Position numbers and translations under genes: made by a program. DNA of 31,948 nt from positions 1-31,948 of IMG/VR virus record IMGVR_UViG_3300036832_000322. The stretch is one strand, 5' to 3'. How positions within the stretch are numbered: the first letter of the stretch is position 1; each line of letters opens with the position of its first letter. Shown here piece by piece: positions 9,401-16,886 of this stretch. Source of the stretch: a virus. Lineage: Duplodnaviria; Caudoviricetes. The notes under the pieces were generated by a model that saw nothing but the letters and a program-made list of their open reading frames with translations, had not been told where the DNA came from and did not search any database.

Positions 9401-10995
9401 CGGCCAACGGCGCGACGCCGCGCCTCGTCGCCGAGATCCCGAACAACACGGCGACGACGATCCTCGACGATGTGCCCGACGCGGCGCTCGGCGCCGCCAA
9501 CGTGCCGGCCGTCAGTACCGCCGGCGGCGAGCAAGTGCGGCTCACCTCGATCCCGACGGGCCCGACGGGGACGCTCGCGCGCCGGGTGTACCGCACGGTG
9601 GCGGGGGGATCGGATTTTCGCCTCGTGCAACAGATCAACGACAACAGCAATACCGTGATCGTCGATGCCGTGGCCGATCGCGATCTCGGGAACCCGTCGC
9701 CGTTGCAAGCGACGGCCGGCGCCTCGGCCGTGACGCTCTCCAATATTCCGATCGGGCCCGGCGACGTCTCGCGCCGGTTGTTGTACCGCACGGCGGCCGG
9801 CGCCAGCGATCTCCAATACGTCGCCACGATTAGCGACAACACAACGACGACGTACACCGACGCACGCGCCGATACCGGGCTCGGCAAAGCCCCCGAGCCC
9901 ACCTCGACGATCGGCGCCCTGGCCGGATCGACGACGCTCGCGCTCTCGAGCGTCGCCGGATTCCCGCCCGCGGGATGGGTGGACGTCGACGGGCAAGTGA
10001 TCCGCTATACGGGGATCAGCGGCACGACGCTTACCGGGATCCCGCCGCTCGTCTTTGCCACGATCACGCGCGTGGGCGCCGTCGCGACGATCACCGTCGG
10101 CGCCCACGGGTGGGCGACGGGGGACACGATCGTCGTCATCGGGGCCCAACAATCCGAGTACAACGGCGCGCATGTCGTGACGGTGATCGACGGCAACACG
10201 GCGACGTATGCCGTGAGCGGCACGCCGGTCACGCCGGCGACGTCCACCCCGATCACGGCCGGCCTGAGCTATGGATCCAAGATGCCCGCGACGATTACGC
10301 GCGCGGGCGCCGTGGCGACGATCGGCGTCGTCGGCGCGCATGGCTGGACGACGGGCGACACGGTGATCGTCGCGGGCGCGCAACAACCCGAGTACAACGG
10401 CGCGCATGTGGTGACGGTGACGGCCGCCAACGCCGCGACGTATGCCGTGACGGGCACGCCGGCCACGCCGGCCACGGGGGGCACGATCACGGCCGGGCTC
10501 GGGGGCGCGATCACGCGCGCGATCGACGGCGGCGTGACGGCGACGACGGTCCCACTGCTCTTCGGCGTGAGCGGCCTCACGACGGCGCGCCAGGCCGGCG
10601 ACACGGTGGCGCTCTTTGTGGTGTGTGACGATCTCGCCGCACAAGCCAACCTCGCCGCCGTCGAGGGCGGCGACGGGATCCACGAGGCGCCCGTGCGCGA
10701 CGACACGCTCACCACGATCGCCGCGTGTCAGGCGCGCGGGCTCGCCGAGCTCAAAATGTGGGCGTGGCCGCAAGTCGAGATCACGTATGCGACGCACGAT
10801 CCGAACACGCGATCGGGGCGCACGATCGTGGTGAACTTGCCCGATCTCGGCATGGTCGCGACGCTCAAAATTCTCGACGTGACGATCACCGAGATCGGCG
10901 TCGCGAATCGGTTGTACCCCCGGTGCACGGTGCGCGCGGCCTCGGCCAAATTCTCGCTCGAGGATCTGTTGCGCCATGCCGTCTTGGACGTGTAG
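6493..10995 (+). CDS. large tail tip / baseplate hub protein with inserted repeated beta-sandwich domains (1500 aa)
   Basis: ATG at 6493. Hub-like segments (LIFGGVI, GYWYVDYSRDVHLF, C-terminal GDGIHE..ITYAT.DP..RSG) enclose GET and RRIYR repeats and two AHGW.TGD repeats. Confidence 0.8.
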   Translation: MGGAFYARAFNGVGFFVGVLLTTSAITVAASGTLSAPAPLESDSTIVVSTTAALRAPVVFASDTQITIATAADLQTLTGIAAASGIALSVTPPRLTAVDNPLNSGAGAFYGVAFYYPAFAYGQSYAGILVASHVELTAPIVFRESAAIAISAVGQISLKPILAGSSRIAIGVNATLIVAGVAGSTPVLVIGGQPWTARVGSVVIRDVVNEQVNTLECVIDAPWGAPAPGYDLRLGLGSTLPDRLIFGGVIQSVDSTFTLTTEHAAWIVRAVDYGVLLNRRQVQCTYTNVPATTAALELLAKFSSGFTGNHIAAGLPAITLAITDGNLSAAFTEIANLIGGYWYVDYSRDVHLFVSETDPATDPHPLDGTPPEPLADPILTMRSDNSQRRTRILVVGVSVGLLAAVRATDGQLPIDTAAPFAGAGALAEFGSDGVRVGYASTAPGDASGILTGNVAAPGTAPDRDLAVGVAGQLAGWYQWAVSFGTANGETPIGPRTASLFCPTFTTPGAAPGVGPAGTVGPLVGGYWWAVSYVTTIGETLIGAGAFRNAIGLTAGATNLLVGPAAISRLKAGAYTWVTTYLTAYGETVAGPGVTATLGDLATPGAPSIGTAAGAGPIPIGVSTFYRCTFVSQDGETAGGPPIGYAPPAFAGPSLVYQGAYAHGGIYGGPYAYGVSIVTAAGESAITSSINVGSNFFTAAPQTAPTWTGSQDTQGRIQPAFTYLYAASFFSDAYGETGLSYAYSLNVGGTLTIRVLMSVPALQGGADGIRIYRAQANGPFTLNAEFRRASYPSQYWDVLAQGEQGGTYPAQSVKAGVQIALTLGASPEAGVVARRIYRNKAGGPDWFLVGEVQSNTAVTWTDVAFDQNLTTRNPVTGLAGRTASLTGIPIGPVGTIGRRIYRYRTSAYYLVGEIKDNSSSTWIDGAADSALTVVCPELNTAGARYASAGQPIVSIPTGPPGVTGRRVYRTPANGATPRLVAEIPNNTATTILDDVPDAALGAANVPAVSTAGGEQVRLTSIPTGPTGTLARRVYRTVAGGSDFRLVQQINDNSNTVIVDAVADRDLGNPSPLQATAGASAVTLSNIPIGPGDVSRRLLYRTAAGASDLQYVATISDNTTTTYTDARADTGLGKAPEPTSTIGALAGSTTLALSSVAGFPPAGWVDVDGQVIRYTGISGTTLTGIPPLVFATITRVGAVATITVGAHGWATGDTIVVIGAQQSEYNGAHVVTVIDGNTATYAVSGTPVTPATSTPITAGLSYGSKMPATITRAGAVATIGVVGAHGWTTGDTVIVAGAQQPEYNGAHVVTVTAANAATYAVTGTPATPATGGTITAGLGGAITRAIDGGVTATTVPLLFGVSGLTTARQAGDTVALFVVCDDLAAQANLAAVEGGDGIHEAPVRDDTLTTIAACQARGLAELKMWAWPQVEITYATHDPNTRSGRTIVVNLPDLGMVATLKILDVTITEIGVANRLYPRCTVRAASAKFSLEDLLRHAVLDV
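10057..10500 (+). repeat. tandem duplication of a ~70-aa domain (10057-10266 and 10288-10500)
   Basis: ATITRVGAVATI..AHGWATGDTIVVIGAQQSEYNGAHVVTV vs ATITRAGAVATI..AHGWTTGDTVIVAGAQQPEYNGAHVVTV. Shared DNA block GAGTACAACGGCGCGCATGT. Confidence 0.9.
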
Positions 10996-11200
10996 CGGCG
11001 TCGCGCTCGCGCTCGGGCTCGGCCTGGCCGGGTGTGCGCGGCCGCTCGTGTTGCGCGGGATGCCGGCGACGTGCGACGACGGGTTGCCGGTGCGGATCCT
11101 CGTCGGTGTCACCTGTCCGCGCGGGGTGTGCGGGTGGACGTGCGCGCCCGATCGGTGGCGCCTCAAGCTCGAGGCGATCAAGCGGCCGGCGGATCGGTGA
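10976..11200 (+). CDS. small Cys-rich putative lipoprotein
   Basis: Hydrophobic VALALGLG followed by a LAGC lipobox and four more Cys. Last gene of the late operon. Start codon uncertain. Confidence 0.45.
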   Translation: MPSWTCSGVALALGLGLAGCARPLVLRGMPATCDDGLPVRILVGVTCPRGVCGWTCAPDRWRLKLEAIKRPADR

Positions 11201-11276
11201 ACCTGGCGCCGGTTAGCACGGGACGATCACCCGTGGCCGGGATGGTAGCGGGCGCGCCGATCCGTCGCCGGTCTAG

Positions 11277-11651
11277 CTATAGCGGCCACTTGGCCGCGAC
11301 GGCCGTTTTCCAGTGCTCGGCATCTTCTGGGGATGCGTGGCCCGTCGTATGTTCGTAAACGTAATTGAACACAGCCCGACCGTCGTACCGCTCATGGTCG
11401 TCTTGCGCGCGATCAAATTCGAGACATAGGCGTTTGAGATCGTCTAAACCGATAGGCAATGCTTCCCCCTGTCGCCGGGGGAGCATCTTGGTGTATTTCC
11501 GGTGCGCGATTCGCCAGGCGATCCGCCACTCTTGCATTTCCCGATCGGGCGTGTTGCGCGGGAATTGCTTGTAGTAGAGCTTCCCATTGACGCGCACGTT
11601 GGCTTGCCAGTTGGGACCGTTCCGCCGAATCCCTGGACGTTTGGTTTTCAT
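11277..11651 (-). CDS. protein with an integrase arm-binding-like N-terminal domain (paralog of the Int N-terminus)
   Basis: GIRRNG..WQA.VRV.G.L..KQ.P..TP...M..WR.A is 23/39 identical to the integrase N-terminus. RBS GGAAAGGG upstream. Confidence 0.75.
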   Translation of the reverse strand: MKTKRPGIRRNGPNWQANVRVNGKLYYKQFPRNTPDREMQEWRIAWRIAHRKYTKMLPRRQGEALPIGLDDLKRLCLEFDRAQDDHERYDGRAVFNYVYEHTTGHASPEDAEHWKTAVAAKWPL

Positions 11652-11697
11652 CGACCCTTTCCAACTTGTACCAATGTACTAATACGCGGCTCAACCG

Positions 11698-11969
11698 TGG
11701 CAACATTTATAGCAACATCCTGCAAGCAAATCGAGCATTCCCCAGAGGGATTGAGAACCAACGAGACGCGGGCCGCGACGCGTACAAACGCCGTTTTATC
11801 TAGGGAAAATGCTTATTCTGGAAAGGTTTAGGGGTGGAGCGGGCTACGGGGATCGAACCCGTGTCCGAGGCTTGGGAAGCCTAGCCACCCATTGCTAACA
11901 ACGTGTAGTTTCAATCACTTACAGTCGTCTAGCAACTTTTTTGGCAACATTTTGCAAAACGCGTTGCTA
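11698..11969. repeat. integrase arm-type sites flanking the attP core
   Basis: TGGCAACATTT at 11698 and 11942, TAGCAACATCC at 11710, TAGCAACTTTT at 11930 (pairs 12 bp apart). Inverted GTTGCTA at 11963. Confidence 0.7.
11835..11882 (-). other. attP core: 3' half of tRNA-Gly(CCC)
   Basis: Minus strand AGGC-TTCCCAA-GCCT-CGGAC-ACGGG-TTCGATC-CCCGT-AGCCCGC-TCCA gives an anticodon arm (CCC), T arm and acceptor 3' strand with CCA. No D arm or 5' half. Lies downstream of the integrase. Confidence 0.9.
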
Positions 11970-12119
11970 AAAAGTGCCGCGCCCGAGCTCGAGGCCCGAG
12001 GCGCGTAGACGGGCTGTACGGGGCGAACGGGCGAGGGGGTGGGGGAAGGGGCGGGCGGCGTTCGATCGCGCACGTGGCGCCGCCCTGGCGAGCCGGGCGG
12101 GCCGTTTACGACTCGTCGA

Positions 12120-12377
12120 TCATTTGCCGGATAGTGAATGCGTAAAGGCAATCAGTCGCCGCAATTGCTCGGCGGGATTCACGGGTGACGGCGACGCGGG
12201 ATCGGTCGTGACGGCCTCAAGCGGCAGCATGCACGCCTGAACGATTTCGCGGTTGGCACGCGCGACAATCGCGGCGGCGTCGTCGCGCGAGAAGCGGCCG
12301 GCCTCGGCGACGGTCGCCACGCCGGGGCACCAACTTTGATATTCAATCGACCAGACGACAAAGCGATCAGTACTCAT
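12120..12377 (-). CDS. small hypothetical protein, paralog of 13906-14118
   Basis: FVVWSIE..W..AGRFSRDDAAAIVARAN..CMLP. Starts 3 nt after the integrase stop. Confidence 0.65.
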   Translation of the reverse strand: MSTDRFVVWSIEYQSWCPGVATVAEAGRFSRDDAAAIVARANREIVQACMLPLEAVTTDPASPSPVNPAEQLRRLIAFTHSLSGK

Positions 12378-12380
12378 GGA

Positions 12381-13514
12381 TTACCTCGCGGCCGCGCGGA
12401 TCGCGCGGGTGGTCTTGGCCGCGGCGCGCCCTTTCGCGGCCGCATTGGCGTCGGGGGTTTTCGGCCCACGTGGTGTCCGTTTCGCGTCGGCCGCGTTGAT
12501 CGCCGCGATCGCTTTACGGTTGACGGCCTCGTCGGCGCCCTGGGCGTACTGCGCCGTCGCGCGCGAGTTTTTCGCGTGGCCGAGCAACCGCCCGACGGTC
12601 GCGAGATCGCCCGTCTGCTCGTACAACGTTTTGCCCTGAGAGTGGCGGCCGCCGTACAGGTGGATCGGCGTCGTCTCGCCGTCGACGCGCCGTGCGGCGC
12701 GCTTGAACGATTTACTCACGGCGCGCGGGACAAATTTGCCGAACGCGTCGGCGGCGTCAAACGCGCGCAACGCGGCCTCGCCACGGGCCGTGAACGGGAT
12801 CCACCGGGCGGGCACCCCATGCCCCTTTTCACTGGCGGGCCATTGGAGATCGCCGGTACTCCACCGGATATCCGATCGGCGAATTTTGCGAAGATCGCCG
12901 GGCCGGATCCCGACGGTCGCGACGACGCGCGCGGCCAGGCGCGCGATTGACGGCGCCGTGATCCCTTTCTTGATAAACCGCGTGTCGGGCATCGTCTCGA
13001 GGATCGTCTCGAGCGTGTCGTGCGGGATCGAATGGTCGCGCGGGATCCAGTGTTTGGGGCACGTCGTCGCCTCGACCAGATTCACCGTCTCCGGGCCGTC
13101 GAGCACGTTGTACAGGCGCACGAGCGCCGCGCGGCGGTGGTACACGGTGGGCTCGGCCAGGCCGGCCGCGAGCCACCCCTGGATCACGGCCTCGAGCTCG
13201 TCGCGGGTGATCGTGGCGCGGGCGCGACTGCCGCCGAGCGCCTCGCACCATAGCCGGAGATAGCGCGCCGTTTGGTGCACGTACGTTTGCGCGGCGATCT
13301 CGGGTTTCGCGAGAAAGTCGGCGACGTCCGCGTTGAGCGAGCCCGAGCCCGCGTGCCCGGTCGCTTTCACCTTCTGCGCGGCGCGCCAGGTCCGCATCGT
13401 TTCGAGCGGCGTGTCATACGGATATTGCTTCACGAGCAATTCCCCGTCGACGCGGACGTACGCTTGCCACCCGGCGCCGTTGCGGCGGATCCCGGTTTCC
13501 TTACGCGCGATCAT
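12381..13514 (-). CDS. int: tyrosine integrase
   Basis: ATG at 13514 (ATGA overlap). GIRPGDL (R), SEKG (K), HLYGGRHS (Y in place of the HxxR His), LLGH and TAQY catalytic motifs. Adjacent to attP. Confidence 0.92.
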   Translation of the reverse strand: MIARKETGIRRNGAGWQAYVRVDGELLVKQYPYDTPLETMRTWRAAQKVKATGHAGSGSLNADVADFLAKPEIAAQTYVHQTARYLRLWCEALGGSRARATITRDELEAVIQGWLAAGLAEPTVYHRRAALVRLYNVLDGPETVNLVEATTCPKHWIPRDHSIPHDTLETILETMPDTRFIKKGITAPSIARLAARVVATVGIRPGDLRKIRRSDIRWSTGDLQWPASEKGHGVPARWIPFTARGEAALRAFDAADAFGKFVPRAVSKSFKRAARRVDGETTPIHLYGGRHSQGKTLYEQTGDLATVGRLLGHAKNSRATAQYAQGADEAVNRKAIAAINAADAKRTPRGPKTPDANAAAKGRAAAKTTRAIRAAAR

Positions 13515-13909
13515 GTGAGCTCGCTCAATTTGGCGGACCGCACAATCACGAGCGTTGTACGGCCCGGATACCACGGCGAATCAGACGAAATTTCCACGGT
13601 CACGAATACGCCCTCGCGCGCGGCGTCGGCCACGAGTTCGGCAACGCGGCCCGCGTTTGCATCGCCGTCGCCGTAGTCGTACGGTTCGCCTGTGACGACG
13701 TGTTGCCCGGTCGGATCAATCCACGTTCGGCCGTGATCGAACAATACGCGATGCCTTTCGCACAAGCATCGCGCGTGGCCGTGATGTGTCGGCCAGCGCC
13801 GCCCGACGTGACACCGTTTCCCAACGACGACCCGTGGGCAGTGGGGCGCGCCACTCGGCCGCAACTGATACCGGGCCAGCATGGCGGCGTCTTGATCGGC
13901 GTACGTCAT
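13511..13909 (-). CDS. hypothetical Cys/His-rich phage protein
   Basis: ATG at 13909 with RBS GGGGGCG, coupled on both sides. DHGRTW..VVTGEPY and SPWYPGRTTLV motifs. Confidence 0.65.
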   Translation of the reverse strand: MTYADQDAAMLARYQLRPSGAPHCPRVVVGKRCHVGRRWPTHHGHARCLCERHRVLFDHGRTWIDPTGQHVVTGEPYDYGDGDANAGRVAELVADAAREGVFVTVEISSDSPWYPGRTTLVIVRSAKLSELT

Positions 13910-14118
13910 CTCGCCCCCGATTCCGCGATCGCGCCCAACGCGCGCACGGGGATCATGCACTCGTTGAAACTGACGATGTTCGCGTCGGCAACAATCGCCT
14001 CGGCCTCGGTGCGCGTGTACCGTCCGGCATACTCGAGGCTCAGAGCGTAGCCCCACCGGCCCGGCCGCCACCATGCGGTGTGTTCGATCGACCAGATTAC
14101 GAACAACGGTTCGTCCAT
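13906..14118 (-). CDS. small hypothetical protein, paralog of 12120-12377
   Basis: MDEPLFVIWSIEHTAWW..GY......AGRYTRTEAEAIVADAN..ECMIP. RBS GAGG upstream. Confidence 0.7.
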   Translation of the reverse strand: MDEPLFVIWSIEHTAWWRPGRWGYALSLEYAGRYTRTEAEAIVADANIVSFNECMIPVRALGAIAESGAR

Positions 14119-14305
14119 CCTGGCCTCGCTCCGAGCTCGCGCGCGCGTTGCTGCCGCTGTTGACGCGCGCCATACTCGCGGATCACCGTGCGAAGAAACA
14201 GCACGCCGATTCCCACCCAAAACGGCAACATAATAAACACGGATCGAAACCTTTCGGAAACGGGCGGCCCATGGAGTGAACCGGCCGAGACACACGTCTC
14301 CCGCG

Positions 14306-14335
14306 ATAATATGCGTTAGAGCATTATGTCGTCAA
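14306..14335 (-). promoter_or_regulatory. putative leftward promoter with overlapping operator
   Basis: TTGACG (14335-14330), 18-nt spacer, TATTAT (14311-14306). The spacer holds the dyad TATGC-N6-GCATT. Confidence 0.55.
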
Positions 14336-14419
14336 GAATTGTAGAAACGGGTGATCGACTCGCGGAGCGCGTCCGCGTCGAGGGCGGCCAGGAGCGCGAC
14401 GCCTTGCGCGTAGAGCGCC

Positions 14420-14971
14420 TTAGCGGCGACGAGAAAGGTGTGACGTGTGTCGCGGCGGTTGCGGCGGCGTGGCTTGTGCGGGGGCGGCGCCTTCCAACAT
14501 GACGATAACGCTGTGGAGCGTGAGGAGGGATTCCCGGAGCGCCGTTCGAAACTCGGGTGAGTTAATAGGGGGTGGAGTCGTCGTCGCCGCCGAAACGTGA
14601 GGATCTTGCGATGAGGCATGCGACACGAAAACGTGTCTTGTATCACCGCTCGGCGCGGTTTTCAACTGTTCGATCTCCCGGAAGAAGTCCGACGCGTGCG
14701 TATAGCCGAGGCCGTAGATCGCGCCCAAGAGCGTCTTGGCGCTCGGCATGTACCCGGCGTCTTTTTCGATTTTCGAGATCGCGCCCTGGTCGACGTTCCC
14801 CGTGTACGCGATGTCTTTCTGCGTGAGACGGCGCCGCCGCCGTTCTTGCCGAAAATGTTGCCGCAGTTCCGCCCATTCGAGCATCGTGGGGCGAGTATAG
14901 CCAGCCAACACGGCACCTAAGTCATTTATGGTCTGCAACATCGGGGTAATCGCGGAATCGCCATCAGACAT
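14420..14971 (-). CDS. XRE-family HTH repressor (cI-like)
   Basis: RRRRRLTQKDIAYTGNVDQGAISKIEKD..PSAKTL..I..GLG. Divergent from the cro-like gene. The true start may be ATG 14941 or 14884. Confidence 0.8.
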   Translation of the reverse strand: MSDGDSAITPMLQTINDLGAVLAGYTRPTMLEWAELRQHFRQERRRRRLTQKDIAYTGNVDQGAISKIEKDAGYMPSAKTLLGAIYGLGYTHASDFFREIEQLKTAPSGDTRHVFVSHASSQDPHVSAATTTPPPINSPEFRTALRESLLTLHSVIVMLEGAAPAQATPPQPPRHTSHLSRRR

Positions 14972-15017
14972 AGGGTTCTAAAATATGTTGACACACGATG
15001 TAGCACTCCATTAACGT
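14925..15017. promoter_or_regulatory. divergent switch region: rightward promoter and inverted operator pair
   Basis: TTGACA 14988-14993 and TAACGT 15012-15017. CGATGTAGCACTCCATTAA (14996-15014) matches the reverse complement of 14925-14943 at 15/19. Confidence 0.55.
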
Positions 15018-15026
15018 GCCGCCGTT

Positions 15027-15266
15027 ATGGGACGAAAACGTACGCAGGTTTACGTCGATCCCCGGGAGGATCTCCGCACGGCGCGTCTCAAGCGCGAGTT
15101 GACCCAACAGAAGCTGGCCGCCTTGTCGGGCATCGATCAAGGGCGTATTTCGAAGATCGAGAATGGCGAGATCAAAGATCCGGCCTTCTCGACCGTGCGC
15201 CTCTTGGCGCGTGCACTCAACATGGACCCGCGCGACCTCCGCTTCGCCCGTGATGACGCCGCCTGA
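15027..15266 (+). CDS. Cro-like XRE HTH regulator
   Basis: LRTARLKRELTQQKLAALSGIDQGRISKIENG...DP.FSTV..LARAL. Confidence 0.85.
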   Translation: MGRKRTQVYVDPREDLRTARLKRELTQQKLAALSGIDQGRISKIENGEIKDPAFSTVRLLARALNMDPRDLRFARDDAA

Positions 15267-15361
15267 ATGGAACCGCGGCATGAAATCGGCCAGCCCCGAC
15301 CGTTCCCGGCACTATGCAGTAAAGCATATTGAGTTGTCAATTCGGAATATTCGCTGAGGGG

Positions 15362-15592
15362 ATGATGACGCCGCGGCCTCGTTGCTACACCGTCGCGCAA
15401 TTGCTCGAGCTCTTGCAGATGCCGGCGAGCACGTTCGCCAATCTCAAGCGCGCCGGAAAACTGCCGTTTCTTGACGAGCTCCAACCCCGGCTCGGGAAAC
15501 ATGCGCGGTACCGGGCCGAGCCGGTGGATCGGTATCTCGAGAATCAACACAACGCGCGCCGCTCGAGTTTCCGCCTGGCGGTGCAACGGTGA
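15362..15592 (+). CDS. excisionase-like HTH (MerR/HTH_17) protein
   Basis: RBS GAGGGG. YTVAQLLELLQMPASTF..L...GKLP..ARYRAE.VDRYL. Confidence 0.7.
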   Translation: MMTPRPRCYTVAQLLELLQMPASTFANLKRAGKLPFLDELQPRLGKHARYRAEPVDRYLENQHNARRSSFRLAVQR

Positions 15593-15729
15593 TCCTCGGG
15601 GCGATCGTGGGGCTCGTCGCCGCGATCGTGTTCGTGATCGGGTTTTGGCGGGGACACCCGGCGCCAGACGAGCGGTACGTGTCGGCCGCGTGGCGCGACG
15701 AGCATCTCCGGGGACGGCGCGATGGGTAA
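15589..15729 (+). CDS. small single-TM membrane protein
   Basis: GTG at 15589 (GTGA overlap). MILGAIVGLVAAIVFVIGFWRGHPAPDERYVSAAWRDEHLRGRRDG*; too short for the ORF track. Confidence 0.5.
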   Translation: MILGAIVGLVAAIVFVIGFWRGHPAPDERYVSAAWRDEHLRGRRDG

Positions 15730-15737
15730 CAGGAGCC

Positions 15738-16727
15738 ATGATGTCTGACACACTCACGCTGACCGCGCCGCCGGCCGTCACTGGCGACCAACTCGAACTC
15801 GTCAAACGCACCGTCGCCAACGGCGCGACCGACGCCGAGCTCAAATTATTTTTGTTCGATTGCGCGCGCCAGGGCGTGCACCCGCTCGACAAGCTGTTGC
15901 ACTTCACCAAGCGCGGCAGCAAGTACACGCCCGTGACGTCGATCGATCTGATGCGGACGCGCGCCGCCGATACCGGCGAGTACGCGGGCAGCGACGATGC
16001 GATGTTCGTGGGCGACGATCCGCCGTCGCACGCGACCGTGACGGTCTGGCGCCTCGTCCAAGGCGTGCGGTATCCGTTCACGGCCACGGCACGGTGGGCG
16101 GAGTACTACCCCGGCGATCAAAGCGGGCAGATGTGGCGCAAGATGCCGCACACGATGCTCGGCAAGTGCGCCGAGGCGCTCGCGCTCCGGAAGGGGTTTC
16201 CGCGGCAACTCGCCGGCCTGTACGCGGCCGAGGAATTGGATCAAGCGGGCGACGAGGCGCCGAGCGCGCCCGTCCCCGCTCGCTCACCTGAGAGGGCTGA
16301 TAGGACTGATAGGGCTGATAGAGCTGATAGGGCTGATACCTCTCAGTCGCCCCCGGCTGTGACCTCACCTGTCACACCGGCCACCTCGTCGCTCGAGCAC
16401 CTGGCCGACGGCGCCGTGTTGATCACGAAAGTCGAATTACCGTGGCACGGCCAGAAGGGCGGCGCGCAAGCGTTTCTCTTTCATAGCGGCCAACCCGTCG
16501 GGACCGACCGCGGCATCGCGATCTATCAGTCGGCGATCAAGGCGCTCGCGGAGGAATGCTGCCAGGCGCGGACGCCGGTCGTGCTCGCGATCGCCGCGTC
16601 CAAAGCGACGGGCAGTTTGTACGTCAAAAGCATTCGGCCGCTCGCCGACGTCGCCCGCGAGGCCGCGGCGCCGAGCGAGACGGGTGATCTGCCACCGATT
16701 GCGACGGCGGACGACGCCCCTTTTTAA
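15738..16727 (+). CDS. bet: RecT/Bet-family single-strand annealing protein
   Basis: RBS AGGAG. GATDAELKLFL..C...G.HPL.K, SID.MR.RA..TGEYAG, WRKMP.TML.KCAEALALRKGFP....GLY..EE, acidic DDAPF tail. Confidence 0.9.
   Translation: MMSDTLTLTAPPAVTGDQLELVKRTVANGATDAELKLFLFDCARQGVHPLDKLLHFTKRGSKYTPVTSIDLMRTRAADTGEYAGSDDAMFVGDDPPSHATVTVWRLVQGVRYPFTATARWAEYYPGDQSGQMWRKMPHTMLGKCAEALALRKGFPRQLAGLYAAEELDQAGDEAPSAPVPARSPERADRTDRADRADRADTSQSPPAVTSPVTPATSSLEHLADGAVLITKVELPWHGQKGGAQAFLFHSGQPVGTDRGIAIYQSAIKALAEECCQARTPVVLAIAASKATGSLYVKSIRPLADVAREAAAPSETGDLPPIATADDAPF
16288..16346 (+). repeat. 5 x 9-bp tandem repeat bracketed by an 8-bp inverted repeat inside bet
   Basis: AGGGCTGAT, AGGACTGAT, AGGGCTGAT, AGAGCTGAT, AGGGCTGAT at 16293-16337. 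CTGAGAGG at 16288 and CCTCTCAG at 16339. Confidence 0.9.
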
Positions 16728-16886
16728 CCCCGTCGCTGTGCTTCAAGCATTGGTGGTACTGGGCGACGTTCAACGTGCTCAAGTGCAAGCGGTGCGGGCG
16801 CGTGAAAATCGCAGACAGATAACTTTCGGACGGGGCGAGGCGACCGCGGCCCCTGCAACAGCGGTCAACACTTGGAGTATTCGAGC

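Noticed and set aside
10057-10500. Repeat pair as a diversity-generating retroelement TR/VR
   Set aside because: Both copies are in frame in one gene, differences are not adenine-specific, and no reverse transcriptase is present.
8569-11181. 870-aa minus-strand ORF
   Set aside because: Antisense shadow of the GC-rich tail gene; Arg-rich with no motifs.
11835-11910. Complete tRNA-Gly gene
   Set aside because: No D arm or 5' acceptor strand upstream on the minus strand; it is an att core only.
12900-12940. Gapped match of array segment 4 (reverse complement) to the integrase AARVVATV codons
   Set aside because: Only 6/11 dinucleotides, all GC-rich; expected by chance.
14332-14646. Alternative-frame ORF overlapping the repressor 3' end, sharing an ALRES peptide
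   Set aside because: No credible start and the similarity is five residues. A frameshifted tail cannot be excluded but is unsupported.
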